In this document: positions 24,001 to 35,400 of the stretch, piece after piece
Layout of the letters: each line of letters starts with the position of its first letter
Position numbering within the stretch: position 1 is the stretch's first letter
Source: Laetmonice hystrix
Lineage: Eukaryota
Assembly (NCBI GenBank): GCA_965235115.1
Contig: OZ249436.1
Coordinates: 32,800,001-32,864,000 of the forward strand
Direction of reading: 5' to 3'
Length of the DNA stretch: 64,000 nucleotides
Program-made: the position numbers and the translations under genes
Notes under the pieces: generated by a model
What the model saw: only the letters and a program-made list of their open reading frames with translations
Databases searched by the model: none
Told to the model about the DNA's origin: nothing

Positions 24001-24415
24001 GACTGAACCTAAATGTCAGCCCGCTCCCTCTCAATCGATATTTTTTCAGTTTGGCTGTAGGACTCAATCCTATGCCTTCATTATCATTCCCTACCACAAA
24101 GCCGGCGTACTTGCTAACTCAGTACTCGTGATGCAGGGAAAAGGTGAAATGTTCACCTTTTTTGTGGTTGGCGAGGACAAGTCTCATCGTCTGCGACGTA
24201 TCTCCGTGGAACAGCGTCCATGGTTGGCAGATGTAACACTTCCCAGCCTCCAACACCAGGCGGCGCCACGGAGCGTGACGGAAGCGAGTTGCACCTCTTC
24301 CCTGCACAGCTTCGACTCGGGCGCCGACACCGAGGGCGTGCAACTTCTCAACAACGGCAGTGTCCCTTTCTTCAAAGTTAGCTGCAGCTACGCCAATCTG
24401 GAATCGCAAGTATGA
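11681..24415 (+). CDS. Gyc32E: Receptor-type (single-pass) guanylyl cyclase, Gyc32E-like; 22 coding exons, ~1167 aa: signal peptide, ANF-receptor ectodomain, TM, kinase-homology domain, coiled-coil hinge, cyclase domain
   Basis: Exons join in frame: 11681-12097, 12831-12946, 13197-13399, 13795-13965, 14362-14552, 14751-14886, 15481-15605, 16194-16290, 16535-16601, 16994-17105, 17264-17302, 17471-17755, 18370-18441, 18565-18730, 19930-20079, 20651-20828, 21362-21502, 21700-21823, 22518-22761, 23044-23142, 23510-23601, 24137-24415 (3504 nt). Motifs: [70 protein letters not shown]. Juxtamembrane [16 protein letters not shown] recalls Drosophila Gyc32E; orthology is recalled, not tested. Confidence 0.95.
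12194..12412. mobile_element. TA-flanked MITE with an internal TTAGGG-like tract
   Basis: TA|CGGTGGCCCAAAAGTACACCA ... TGGTGTACTTTTGGGCCACCG|TA. Confidence 0.85.
12831..12946 (+). CDS. rGC exon 2
   Basis: ttcag|RCRDSEV...[11 protein letters not shown]...HYG|gtaagt. Confidence 0.9.
13197..13399 (+). CDS. rGC exon 3
   Basis: ttatag|WHKCVLVVG...MDRTR|gtgagg. Confidence 0.9.
13795..13965 (+). CDS. rGC exon 4
   Basis: ttgcag|[16 protein letters not shown]...GKYVILAV...|gtgagt. Confidence 0.9.
14362..14552 (+). CDS. rGC exon 5
   Basis: ctgcag|SSDTIDP...KQAVDW|gtgagc; phases match both neighbours. Confidence 0.8.
14751..14886 (+). CDS. rGC exon 6
   Basis: ttacag|[19 protein letters not shown]...NGTAL...|gtaatt. 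Confidence 0.9.
15481..15605 (+). CDS. rGC exon 7
   Basis: tcacag|[19 protein letters not shown]...|gtaatt. Confidence 0.9.
16194..16290 (+). CDS. rGC exon 8 (juxtamembrane Cys pair)
   Basis: [21 protein letters not shown]; donor gtaagt. Confidence 0.9.
16535..16601 (+). CDS. rGC exon 9 (transmembrane helix)
   Basis: [20 protein letters not shown]; ttcag acceptor, gtaggc donor. Confidence 0.85.
16641..16791. mobile_element. Tc1/mariner-type MITE
   Basis: TA|CAGGGTGTCTCAGAGAAAA ... TTTTCTGAGACGCCCTG|TA. Confidence 0.8.
16994..17105 (+). CDS. rGC exon 10
   Basis: [20 protein letters not shown]...RPK|gtacaa. Confidence 0.9.
17264..17302 (+). CDS. rGC putative 39-nt symmetric micro-exon
   Basis: tccag|GAT...AAG|gtaaag = [13 protein letters not shown], phase 0-0. 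Confidence 0.55.
17471..17755 (+). CDS. rGC exon 12 (kinase-homology N-lobe), ends at a GC donor
   Basis: ...[15 protein letters not shown]...[10 protein letters not shown]|gcaagt; an alternative in-frame acceptor could start the exon at 17381. Confidence 0.85.
17869..18424 (+). repeat. Tandem array of 7 acceptor + partial-exon units (72/81 bp)
   Basis: TTTCAG|GAT units starting 17911, 17983, 18055, 18127, 18208, 18289, 18370. Confidence 0.97.
18370..18441 (+). CDS. rGC exon 13 (productive copy after the acceptor array)
   Basis: [24 protein letters not shown]|gtagga. Confidence 0.85.
18565..18730 (+). CDS. rGC exon 14
   Basis: [36 protein letters not shown]. Confidence 0.95.
18981..19383. 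mobile_element. TTAA-target MITE (Kolobok-like), copy 1
   Basis: TTAA|AGGGAGGGAAAGCCCACACGGCAAATA...; long TIRs; homologous to 46681-47066. Confidence 0.8.
19930..20079 (+). CDS. rGC exon 15
   Basis: [10 protein letters not shown]...[16 protein letters not shown]...GPW. Confidence 0.95.
20651..20828 (+). CDS. rGC exon 16
   Basis: EIIERLK...[13 protein letters not shown]...MQRGL. Confidence 0.95.
20860..21225 (+). mobile_element. tRNA-headed SINE-like repeat, permuted copy
   Basis: A-box-like TGGCCGAGCGG near 21047 and B-box-like GGGTCGATTTC near 21113; homologous to 9166-9495. Confidence 0.6.
21362..21502 (+). CDS. rGC exon 17 (coiled-coil hinge)
   Basis: [18 protein letters not shown]...[21 protein letters not shown]. 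Confidence 0.95.
21700..21823 (+). CDS. rGC exon 18, ends at a GC donor
   Basis: VADQLKQG...[22 protein letters not shown]|gcaagt. Confidence 0.95.
22057..22425. mobile_element. Long-TIR MITE in rGC intron 18
   Basis: CAATGAGGGACTT..AAGTCCCTCATTG ends; 22082-22163 is reverse-complementary to 22288-22369. Confidence 0.75.
22518..22761 (+). CDS. rGC exon 19 (cyclase core)
   Basis: [13 protein letters not shown]...[17 protein letters not shown]...LRIGIHSG. Confidence 0.97.
23044..23142 (+). CDS. rGC exon 20
   Basis: [32 protein letters not shown]. Confidence 0.97.
23510..23601 (+). CDS. rGC exon 21
   Basis: LKVHCS...[15 protein letters not shown]|gtatgt. Confidence 0.93.
23575..23917 (+). 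repeat. Tandem array of 8 exon-end + donor units (43 bp)
   Basis: GAGGAGCGGGGGCTAGTTTCAATCAAG|GTATGTGGATATTCAC at 23575, 23618, 23661, 23703, 23746, 23789, 23832, 23875. Confidence 0.97.
24137..24415 (+). CDS. rGC terminal exon
   Basis: [14 protein letters not shown]...NLESQV*, TGA at 24413-24415. Confidence 0.9.
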   Translation, partial: GKGEMFTFFVVGEDKSHRLRRISVEQRPWLADVTLPSLQHQAAPRSVTEASCTSSLHSFDSGADTEGVQLLNNGSVPFFKVSCSYANLESQV

Positions 24416-24579
24416 CGGCAACATGACGTCATTGGACGTCATATGTGAGAGTTATTTATAGGCCTACAGGATAACGGGTTGCGGTGGTGACAGTTTGGTC
24501 ACTGTTTGGCGTAGAATCGCCTCTTGTAGTGACGTAACGTCAGTTGGAATAATTGCCACCATGCGCGCCGAACTGATGA

Positions 24580-24745
24580 GGGACCGTCCTTAAATTACGT
24601 AACGCTCAGGGGGTGGGAGGGGGTGTAGGTCTATACGTCCAAGCGTTACGGTCCATTATAAAGCGCCATTGAAAAAGTTACAAAGAGGGGTGGGGGTGGG
24701 TCATATTTTGGTCAGAATAGCGTTACGTAATTTATGGACGGCCCC
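24580..24745. mobile_element. PIF/Harbinger-like MITE in the rGC 3' region
   Basis: TGA|GGGACCGTCCTTAAATTACGTAACGCT ... AGCGTTACGTAATTTATGGACGGCCCC|TGA. Confidence 0.85.
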
Positions 24746-26694
24746 TGACGTAGAGGACATTGTATACGGGTGTTTATCGTAAGGTCTCAAGAGTCTGTGA
24801 TGGATGGAAAAATTGTTTACCTTCATAAAAGACGGGAGTTGGAGTACATGTGCCTTCCTGCACAGTTACAATGGAGTCGTATACACGTGGATTTTGGGGG
24901 GCGATGCACGAACTAACTTCAGGCGATACACTTTACAACACTTAAGTTCCTTTTCTCCTTTTGTATGATCTGCGAGTGCTTCAGTTTATATGAAGATACC
25001 CCCGGAGATGGGCCCCATCGACAATTTTCAACAGGTTTTCGCATAGGCCTACTAGACAACTTCTCTTCGCGGGTTCATCCTAAATCCCCACCATGCAATG
25101 AAGTAAAGGCCTATAGGCTCGAAATGGTGCAAAATTTACCTTTAAGCGTTTGGTGAAGCTGGCCTTCTATATGAATAGAATATTAATGGTTGCTACGGGC
25201 TCGTAGGCCCATGTGTAGTTCACATTTTAGCAAGTGTTAAAATCAATCTACGAAATGACGTTGACAATTCTGTCAAGGATAAAGCCACGAATACATGTGT
25301 ACGTACTGTGTGCGTGATGCGTAATGCGTACTGCGTAATGACTGTTCCCATGTACTGCGTATTGATGTGTGCGTGATATCAGAGATTACGTAACCAAGGT
25401 CACAGAGGCCACACCCCTATATTTCCCAATGTAATGTAAGCGTGATGCGCATTCACCTCCGACGAGTTCTGGTGATTGCGCAATACGCATTAGATACCCA
25501 TGGAAACACTTTCCAATAATAGAGAGGTTTGGCAGCACCTAATTTCATTGCGCCTGTCCGTAGGAGCCATGCCACGCAATAGCGGATGTAGGCCTAACGG
25601 GACAGTCGATGGTCCTCGGCGCGCTTTGGCCCGACCAATTGGAACGAACGAGCCATTTCCGGTTTACTTTCCTTTAGGGAACTGGACAAGGACAGTAAGA
25701 ACGCCGTCTTGCTTGGCTGACGTCACAAAACTAGTTTCAAAATGGCAGGTGTGATGTACAGTTCCAATCTCCTATAATGCAGAGCGGCTCGCTCCACTAC
25801 CCCTCTGCCACACCTGACTTTTTACGGGCAAAATCGGGCCCCTATGCGTTTGGGCCTAACCCTGTTTTTGCAAAGTCGGCCGCCCTTTATGGTAGGCCTA
25901 TCTATAAAGTTTAATGTAGATTATACTTCTCAATCCCAAAACCGAGATTATGACAAGTGACATTCACCGTACAAGAGAAATATCTGATGAAATATTAGGA
26001 ACTACATTTGCGGAGGGAAATCAGCTATAGTCGCAAGTCGGTTGGCCATGATTCGAAATACTTCCGGCGTTTCCGACTAGGTACTTCCGTTCAACATAGC
26101 AGCTGGAGATGATTTCTCCGAAGATTTAGATGTTTGTGTGGCATCATATTCTGACAGTCTGCGCCATAAAAGTAAACAACAAGAGTGCCACAGCAAATTC
26201 GAGCAGTCACGATTCGAGCTCGGCAATGTTCGGCTGTTCCAGTCGGAGATTTCTAGGTCAGGTCAGGGTTCACTTAAACAGCAGTACCCAGGGTGTGGCA
26301 GAGATTGAATGAAGTGAACGATCTCTGTCTGGAGAGTGCGTATCCGTGTCATTAGGTCATACAAAGTGATGACGTCATGCACAACAAACACTAGCTACGC
26401 GCACAGCCCTGTCACTGTCAACGTCGGCCAAACCTCCCTAATAACTGTTTTTTGCGCACTACGCATATTCATTACGCACTACGTAGGCCTATACATGGAT
26501 TCCTGGCTTTATTGGGGGCTGAAAGGGACTTGAATCACTGAAACCAGGTATACCAAATGTACATGTGATATGTTATTCTGATTAATAAAAAGTGATGTTT
26601 GATGTTGTAGACTAAGCCTAGACTATATGTTGTATACCGACGAAATAATTTATTACGTTTCTTGCAGGCATACCTATCTTAATCAGGGGCTTAA

Positions 26695-26856
26695 AGCTGC
26701 ACTGTCCTCAAATAGCAAAATGGCAAAAGAGATACCCGTTCTATGTTTTGATGGAGTTTTGCCATTTTCTGTCCTCTATCAGGCTTTGTGGGCCGAGCAG
26801 ACACCGTTACAACCGTTCAATTCTGTTGGCTGACAAATTACGAGGACAGTGCAGCT
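26695..26856. mobile_element. TTAA-target MITE (Kolobok-like)
   Basis: TTAA|AGCTGCACTGTCCTC ... GAGGACAGTGCAGCT|TTAA. Confidence 0.85.
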
Positions 26857-28323
26857 TTAAAAGAATGTAGGTCTAGTTTAAGGGGCAAATCCAGGAATTT
26901 TCACAGCCTAGATTTGGATCCTGGTTAGGCCTATATTATGTTTTGAAGTTTGGAGTCGAGAGGGCTGACACTTCACAACGGCCATGTCGGTCTATTCTGG
27001 CATTCGGAACACCTCGGCCCAACTTACGGCTGACCGACGTCATAGGCCAAAAATTAAAAACAATACCAATACCAAAGTTCTATTTTTTGTGTGTATAGCA
27101 TAGTCATAGTATAAGCTTCAAAATAAAGCATTAAAAATGATAGGTCACCGTGCTAATTTTCGAGAAAATGACGGGTAAAGATTGATCAATTTAACATAGG
27201 ATTCAATGGGGATATAGACCTTCTGGGACGTTTTTACTTCCGCTGAACTACTTCTGCTAATAACATTCTTCCAAATTTTACATATATTCATCTTAGGACA
27301 ATATTGATCACTTTAAAAGAGAGAAAAAAGTAGGTCACCGTTCTAATTTTTGATGTAGAGTGGAAAAGGTTCAATTCAAAAAACGGGTTTCATTGAGTTC
27401 AATGTTGAGTTCAATGACCCAATATGGCGACCTCCCATTGGTATCCGAGTCTCTCTACATCGTAAAGGGCTCGGTGTTCCGATTGGGCCACCACCGTGCG
27501 AGGGCCGAGAGGATCTGGCCCGAACAGTCCCGAGGTTGGCCGATTGTCTATTCTGGGTGTCATCGCACGCACCAGCAGGCGAGTCCAAGGACGCGTAGCT
27601 TCAGTCTATGCCACCTGACGGAAACTCAAAAAAACTGCAATATTTGGAGCCTCCAGTGCAGGAAAAGCAATATAGGCCCTACCTGATATCAGAGATGCGC
27701 TATGTAGACATCGTTTTGGTGTTGGCCACATAATTATCATTTTAAAGAGCCACCGTAGTCAAACTACTCACTGTTCGGATATCAATGTGATACGCAAAAA
27801 CAATATCCACTGTGAAGTTGAAAAAATGTCAATATATATATTTTGGGGTAAAAATCGGCATTTATTGCAAACTGCCAGAATACACTCTCGTAATACACAC
27901 AGCGAGCCACCGGCACTGACCGCTCGCGGCAGTTCCCGGATGATGACGTCATGAGTTGAACTCCCTTCGATAGCGCGCTCCTCCCTACAGTATGGCGGAC
28001 AGATCGGATTCTGGCTGTAGCAGCGACTTTTCTATCGATTCTGTGTCAGCTAGACATGTCCGGTAATCTAGATGGGGGTTTTGGGGTTGCAACCCCCCTT
28101 AGAAATCTAGAAAAATTCTATCTGAACAGTCTAAGGCCAGATTTCCACCAGATATTGCCCCAATGCACAGTGCACAGTGCTATTTTAGTTGGCAAAGGAG
28201 CAAAATATAAATGTAATGTAATAAAGTGTTTTCTCCTGTCAAGTTGTTGAAGCCCCCCCCCCCCCTTGAAAGAAAATCCTGGATTCGGCCCTGAGGTCCA
28301 GTTGCCAACTGGTCCGGACCAGG

Positions 28324-28637
28324 CTGGGCGGGTTGCACTAACGGTCCTATGGGTTAGGACTGATTTAGGACCAGTCCAAGTGAGTGTCATGCCCCCAAGC
28401 ACTTCATCTCTATCTGAGTTTCAATAGCTCTTGAGATATAAACGTTGACGAATTACATTTAAATTATGGATATTGGCCCCTGTTGAATGTAGAACTGTAG
28501 GACCAGTTCTACATTCAGCAGGGGCCAATATCCATAATTTAAATGTAATTCGTCAACGTTTATATCTCAAGAGCTATTGAAACTCAGATAGAGATGAAGT
28601 GCTAACCCGTTAGGACCGTTAGTGCAACCCGCCCCAG
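28324..28637. mobile_element. Palindromic MITE with a near-perfect 100-bp-arm internal hairpin
   Basis: Outer TIR GGGCGGGTTGCACTAACGGTCCTA; inner arms 28398-28497 and 28504-28603. Confidence 0.85.
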
Positions 28638-29129
28638 ATCCTATTCTTATGACTGAAAACCTCGATTGGCATTCAGGCCAGCCCAGATGCCAATGGGGTA
28701 CCTTGTCTCTAACTATTACCCTCATGTCCGTGCGAATTTTACCATATGTGGGCGAATGTTAATGAATAGGGTCAAAGAGGGTGGGATGATTTCCCTGTAT
28801 GGGAAATGGGATAATAATCGTGTGTGATCAGGAATCCAAATCTTGTGACATAGAGTTAGGTTATATCATCGTGTTAAAATGAAGAAGGGGTGACGACACG
28901 AGGTATATTATCACGACATAACATAGGTCTAGTCTCTACGGAAGATTCGAAACAGTCAGTTATTATGGCGTTATATGGGCCTGCACCAACACGCCATTTA
29001 TCTGTACGGATGGTTTCAATAGGCCGACGAAGGAAGAGATATAGATCTAGGCCTATTGGTACCACTATGAAAATATTATCCTCTGTGAGATATCCGGGAG
29101 GAGTTGATATCTAACTGTTTCTGTTGTTT

Positions 29130-29434
29130 TCAACATTCTTCTGCCTGAGGTTCAGGGACACACGGGGATTGTTCCCCTCCGCTGTCGTCCACGAATGCAG
29201 AATTTGCAGTGGCGAAATCAAAAGGAATAATTATTGTTGGTGTAGAACTACCAGAGCCCCGTCGCCCCCTGCGTAGACGATGTCGGCACGAGCAAACTGT
29301 TCCGAAAGCGACGACAACAACTAACACGACACCAAGGGCACTGACGATAGCAATAGTCTGGTCACTCCAACGCCCGCTACTGTCACCACTGGTATATGTC
29401 TGCACTGTTGATGACACTGAAACGAAGCGAAACA
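29130..29434 (-). CDS. CACHD1-like terminal exon (TM helix and cytoplasmic tail)
   Basis: TIAIVSALGVVLVVVVAFGTVCSCRHRLRR...AEEC*; two in-frame acceptors give exon edges at 29434 and 29416. Confidence 0.85.
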
Positions 29435-32400
29435 CTTAAAGGAGAAGACCAGTCAAAAATCACATTTGGACAGCTGCAAGGCCTCTATATGCACTCACCT
29501 TTCAGAGTAGTGGTTGGAAATAAACATCCCCCCATTCCAAGAAGTCATATGTTGAACATGACAACCGTGTCAAAATCACTGGCTTCAGCGGCGCAGCCAT
29601 TTGTTGCTATTGGGCTGGCCGGAAGTGACGTTTCGGGGCTAATCTATTGTATGCAGGGGCTAGGCTAGACTAGACTAAAGTAAAGGCAGCCGAGGCGTAT
29701 CGGCAAAATCAACGGGGGTCAGTCCCACAGTCACAGTCACAACTAAAACAGGTCTGTGCTGAAGTGACCACAAGAGTCTGACACTGCCAGCACCCGCCCG
29801 CGGTCGAAGCCACGGTCAGGGCCCGGCCCAGTCGCCCTGCGGGTGCCGTCAACATCACGAATGCAGGCGGCCGAAACCCACGGCTGGAGCTTGCCGAGAT
29901 CCGTGTCCACCCTGATATATCCCCTGACATCGGTAGGCTTAATTCCTAGCCAATCCTCTTTACTATGATCGGTAGTTTTCGTCTATGTTCTAACAAATTT
30001 TGCTTATATAAATAAGCTGTCAACGTTCGCTCATAGACCATACAGCATGGTCTATGGTTCGCTCAACGCAACAGGTGCGTCAGTTTTTCGTTCCTCCCAA
30101 ACTGGAGAGCAGTGGTTGGAGCATGCGCAAAGTGAGATTAGACATTAGCTCAAGCAGACAGCTATGGCCGCCATCACCAGCGGAGCAGGTTCTAAGCAGA
30201 CTCCGGCACTGAAGTGCTTATATTTTAACTATTTGAGCACCAATTGTGTTCAAATATTTTTTAACTTGCTTAGAATATCACGGCCTGTGTGCCTGGCCTG
30301 TACAGACTGGCGGTGGTCTTTTCTTTTATTTGAAAGACTTAAAGGTCTGCACGCACTTCGAAAATCACAAACTGGTTCTGTCTGACCTGAACGATATCAT
30401 TTGAATTTATTTAACAAGGAACTGACCCGGCGAATGACTCATAATCAGATATTTCTTGGTGGTAGCTTGGGACTCCTTTGCCTCGCGAATTACGGCGGCT
30501 CGCCGAAAGTTGGACTGCTTACAACTTGACCGTGACCACAGCACATACATAATCTTATGCATTCTCACGCTCGCTCACGGGGGGGGGGGGGGATTCCCCA
30601 ACATGTGCTTGTAATGTAAACAGAAATTCGTCCAGTTTACTTGCATCCCACGCACATGACGTACCTCACTGCACTGCCACAACTTCAGTTAAAAAACGCA
30701 GGAAATGTGAAGGAGATAGGCTATTAGTACTTGTATTAGTAGGCTGTTGGAGTTGCGACCCAATGACAATACCGGGCTTGCTGAGATCCTTCTACTAGGC
30801 AGGTGAGACTTTGGACGTTTGGTCTGTACATGGGAATTTTCTGATTTGAACATTAGGGTGAACCATTTAGTCGTTATTCATACTATAAGTATTAGGAAGG
30901 GTCGTCATTGTCGGTTACAGCTTTGAAAAGTATCGGCCGAGGACCTCAACTGGCAGCACATCACGTGACACCAGGGAGTTCCCCCGTCCGTTCCTGGCCG
31001 CAGTTCAAAATGGCGTCTAAATGCGCAGAAACGGGTTTACGGTATAAGACTGACGAATTCATGTTAATATGACCAGATTATCGTTCCTTTCTCAGCTAAA
31101 AGGCAGGTATTACTTACGATATCGTTCCTGCTTGATGTTGAAAGCGTTTGGGGGAAATATAGGAAAATTGTCAACATTGGATGTCATTATATTGGTTTAT
31201 GTCCATGCCTCTAGGCCACTCTCTTAGAAACAATGACATACGCCACCAATAACTTGCCAGAGAAGTTTAAGGATCCAATGGCATAAACCTTTCCAGAGAT
31301 AACCTGCCCTGTTTGCACAGAAATATATCATTTTTTAACAATCTACGTCAATATTATATATCGATTTACTTCTAAAAATAACGAAACTGTACGAGCAACC
31401 GTGCCATTCTTGCTTGGACATTGAAACATACGATCGCATTTTACTCCAGCTTGTTAACGTTCCTGCCCGCGAGCACCCGTCCGACTAAACACCGAAACCA
31501 ACTGAAACTGACCGAATCTGACTGACTGGCATCAGGGCCCGGTTTCAGAAAGGTTAGCATCTTTTTAACTTAAGCTCTGCTCCGGACTGATTGGCTGGTC
31601 ATATGCTGCTCAGCTTCAACCAGAGAATCAGAGGCCCTATAAGCAGATCTTACCTTAAGATCCCCTTTCTGAAACCGGGCCCTGGTCTGAGATGAATTTG
31701 CAAACAGGTAGCTATATCGGAAAAAGTTGGATTTTTTTTTAAATTTAAGACGTAATTGGTTCCCTTTAATTATTTACCTGTAACAGCTTCAGTCGTGGCT
31801 ATCTTCCGAGGATCATGACATCGACGTACATCTTCTGAACAGGTTGAAGGAGACAGGACATGACCCTCGTCATCCGTCCTACCCCGACACCACCTACAAC
31901 CTCTCTGGTGGCACAGTCTGGGCAAAAGTGGTTCATATCAGACTCGCAACATGTGAAGTGAGGACATGGGCATTTCGATCTGTATTGGACTTTAGCTTTA
32001 CCGATTTACGCCTCAGCCACATGAAACCGGAGAACGCGGGGCATCCACCTTGCAGCAGGTAACTATGAAATCCGGCTTAGACCTGTAACCAGCATTTCAA
32101 AAAAGGATGGGCGTATTTTGGAAGAAGTTAACCTTTATAAAAAATGGGACCATTATTTTAGAAGAAGCAACCTTTTAGGAGAAATTATGTGGATTGTAGC
32201 CAGAGATTGCATTGAAGAAGGTTATAGGCCTACGCTTCCGCTCTCCGTATTTCTTTTTACACGAAAAAGTAACAGTTTCTCTCATTCCTCGCCTAGGTCC
32301 ATGACCTTTGGCTACTGGGCGGCTCCAATCGGTTGGTTCATTGATTGATACCTTCGGTCCTTTTTTGTTAAAAAAAAAGCCACACTATGCACACAGTTCG

Positions 32401-35400
32401 CAGCGGCGGATCCCGGATTTTGGATGAGGAGGGTATTTAACATGGTAACATGGTAAATTCAAAAAGCTCTATGAGAAAAAAAACGGGGAGGAGGATAACC
32501 CCCTTGATCCGGCAATGGTTTCTGTAGCCTACCCCATGTCCCGGGCGTAACGACATCCTGTGCTACAAGATGAGAAGTTTTCAGAGAGATTCCGGTATGG
32601 TATCTTCGTGTCAAACTCGTCATTAGGAGGTGGCTTTGGTTGCACGCAGAACGGGACCAAACTGAAAGGTCAGAGAAAGAATTAGGAACAGGGCCCGACG
32701 GGCCCGACAAGCCATATGTGTTCGGCGCCTTTAAAATTAAACAGGTGATTATTCTGATATTCACTTTTAATCATATAGTCTTCGGTACAGTACTGTATAG
32801 GTCAGTTTGCAGGGTCGCAGACGGAAGCCATTTCGAAATGGATGGGCATATTAAATTTCGAAATCTTTATAATAAACATTCTGAACTTATTCCGCAAGCT
32901 TTATTCTATGTTATGGCTCCGAAAGATTTCTTGATGAGGCATGCACCAAGTTTTGGCGCCCCTTGTCGGAACTATATTGTAGTGTAGGAATGATGACGTT
33001 GATGTAATGAAGGAGAGACGGGGAACAATATCGTATGGACTGAACTCCTACCTGACGTTAGCGTACAGGTTTGGCCGGTTACTATCACAACGACCGTGGC
33101 TGTTAGCCTCCGCACAGGGACAGTTACAAAGATCGCTACACGGCCCGAACTGAAATAAAGCGTTGACATAATAGGTATCTTCAATCGCTTGTCTGTCATC
33201 TCATGGAGGGTGGCAGTAATAAAGGCGAGACCAGGTAGAATTCGAGTTTATTCGATACGCTGGCGATGGTGAGATGATTAAAAGCCTAAATCTTCCCGAC
33301 TTTTCTGTGAACTATGAAATCAGAAATAATTGCCCTCAGAAAACAGCCAAAATCGGTGCCGTATATTTAACTTTGTATTAAATTAATCAAATCTGTCGGA
33401 GCCATACGAGCCCATCAAAAAGATCTGTCAAGGAAAGGAGATTCTGCACCCGCCTGTGTTCTTAAGGACCGGCATATACGATTTTAACAGGCACCTCTTG
33501 ACAGAAGCAGGCAGGACTTCCCTGTGGTCGATTGGCCTTCACAGTGAGGACGTAGATATTTGTGGCCTCTATGGCATGGAAGTGAAAATATTGATTGAAG
33601 TCGTCACGCGTGATCTGAAACACGTTATTACATGAGCAAGTTCGCAAAGACAACATGCATCTTTTACACAAGAGTTGAAGTTTAGAATATATACCTCGGA
33701 TTAGATTCAGTGTATCTTATATATATCTTATATACAAACAGGAAAACTACCCCGGAGCACAGGCCTTTTGGTCTGATGTTTGTTTCTATTGACCGCTAGA
33801 TGGCAGAACAAAACAAAACTTTTTGTTACGCCAAACTGTAGTTATAGCGTCCATATAATAGGTAGGTCTACGTGAGTTCTTTGAAGGTTAGGCATACTTT
33901 ATAGTCTCACCTGCCAACATTTTTGGATTTCCTCCTTGGCTGGGTCGGAACAAGACGCCCGGACCAGCACGCCAGTGTTTATCAGCTCGGATGCAATCAA
34001 TGGCTCCTGCAAATATACAATATTTACTTCTCCACTATGTTCTTATAATGCCTCACACTTGGCATGTCTTTAACTGTCTCACGTTTAGTATTGTTTTACC
34101 TTAAAACAAGTGAAAAGCTAACTCAAAATCTACCTTTTGCACAATGTGTACACCAGCACTGTCTGTAGAATACAGATAGTCAGGGTGGAAGACCAGAAAT
34201 CCCGTGCTGTCCACAACCATACACCTGTTTCCACAATTAAATAGAATCATATTTTTATATAAAGGTACATTATTGTCTAGAAAAGTCATAAATGCATTGA
34301 AGGAACTGATTAAAATCATCACTCAAAGCTAGGCTTTATTGAGGTTTTTTTTTACTTAGGATTAATTGAGCTCCTGAAATACATCACCGATATTACATGA
34401 GACATTAGTTCGTTTTAACTTTGGAATGCATGTCCTTTCTTCTGTCTCCAGCTCCCGAGTCCCGAGAAGAAACCTGCTGTAAAAAGGTAGTGCCCGAAGA
34501 AAACCCCCGATATTGTCTTCAAAGTTGCTTTACCTATGAGGACGGTTTGGCTTGCATTCTTCAAATGATTCTGACAGTAGGTCCCGGAAGTGGCTTATTG
34601 TTACATCAAATGCCAATACGCCGAGGGTGGTCGAGAAAGTCCGAAAGGTGTTCATGTTCACGTCTCGACTTCCGTACCTATGACATCAACATCATAGGAC
34701 TAGAATTACATTTCTCTTGGACAGAACTAATAAATTGCGATATCATTGTGTGCAAGATTTTTTTCTAATTATATTATATATTTAGGGTTGCGAATTGACA
34801 ATCATCGTTTGTGTGTCGGGCGTTAAACTCTCAACATAAAAAGCGCCCTAAAGCGTATCTACATCTATACGTATAAATGTATTAAATAGGTCAGAATATT
34901 GATGTTCGGACAACCAAAGTACATGTATCCTCATGCACTGATGCAGTGCCCCCCCCCCATTATGAAGCACTAAGGAAACAGGACAAACCTGACAATCGGC
35001 ACAGTTTGGGATATGGTGATGACGTTCTCATTAATCTCAGTGCCATGACGTGGAGACACAATCACTAGTTTACCTGAATGACGTAACGCCTCTTGATACC
35101 TAAAATCACAATTAGTCGTATACGATTGGACAAAACATCCGTTGAAACTATCTGACTCCTCATATTACGTGCTGATTTATGTAAATATATACAATACAGT
35201 CACTGTCCTTTAAAAACTCCATGCAGGCGAGTGAAAAAAGGCTCGCCCAGATTTTTTAGGCGAGCTTTTTTCATCGTTTATTTGGGCTAGATATTTTTCA
35301 AAGGCGACATCAAATAAGTTTAGCGGATAAAGACTTATTTTGGGATATAATGTTAGGCTATCTTTATGGGGGGGGGGGTCCAAATTTTGGAAGGGAATTC

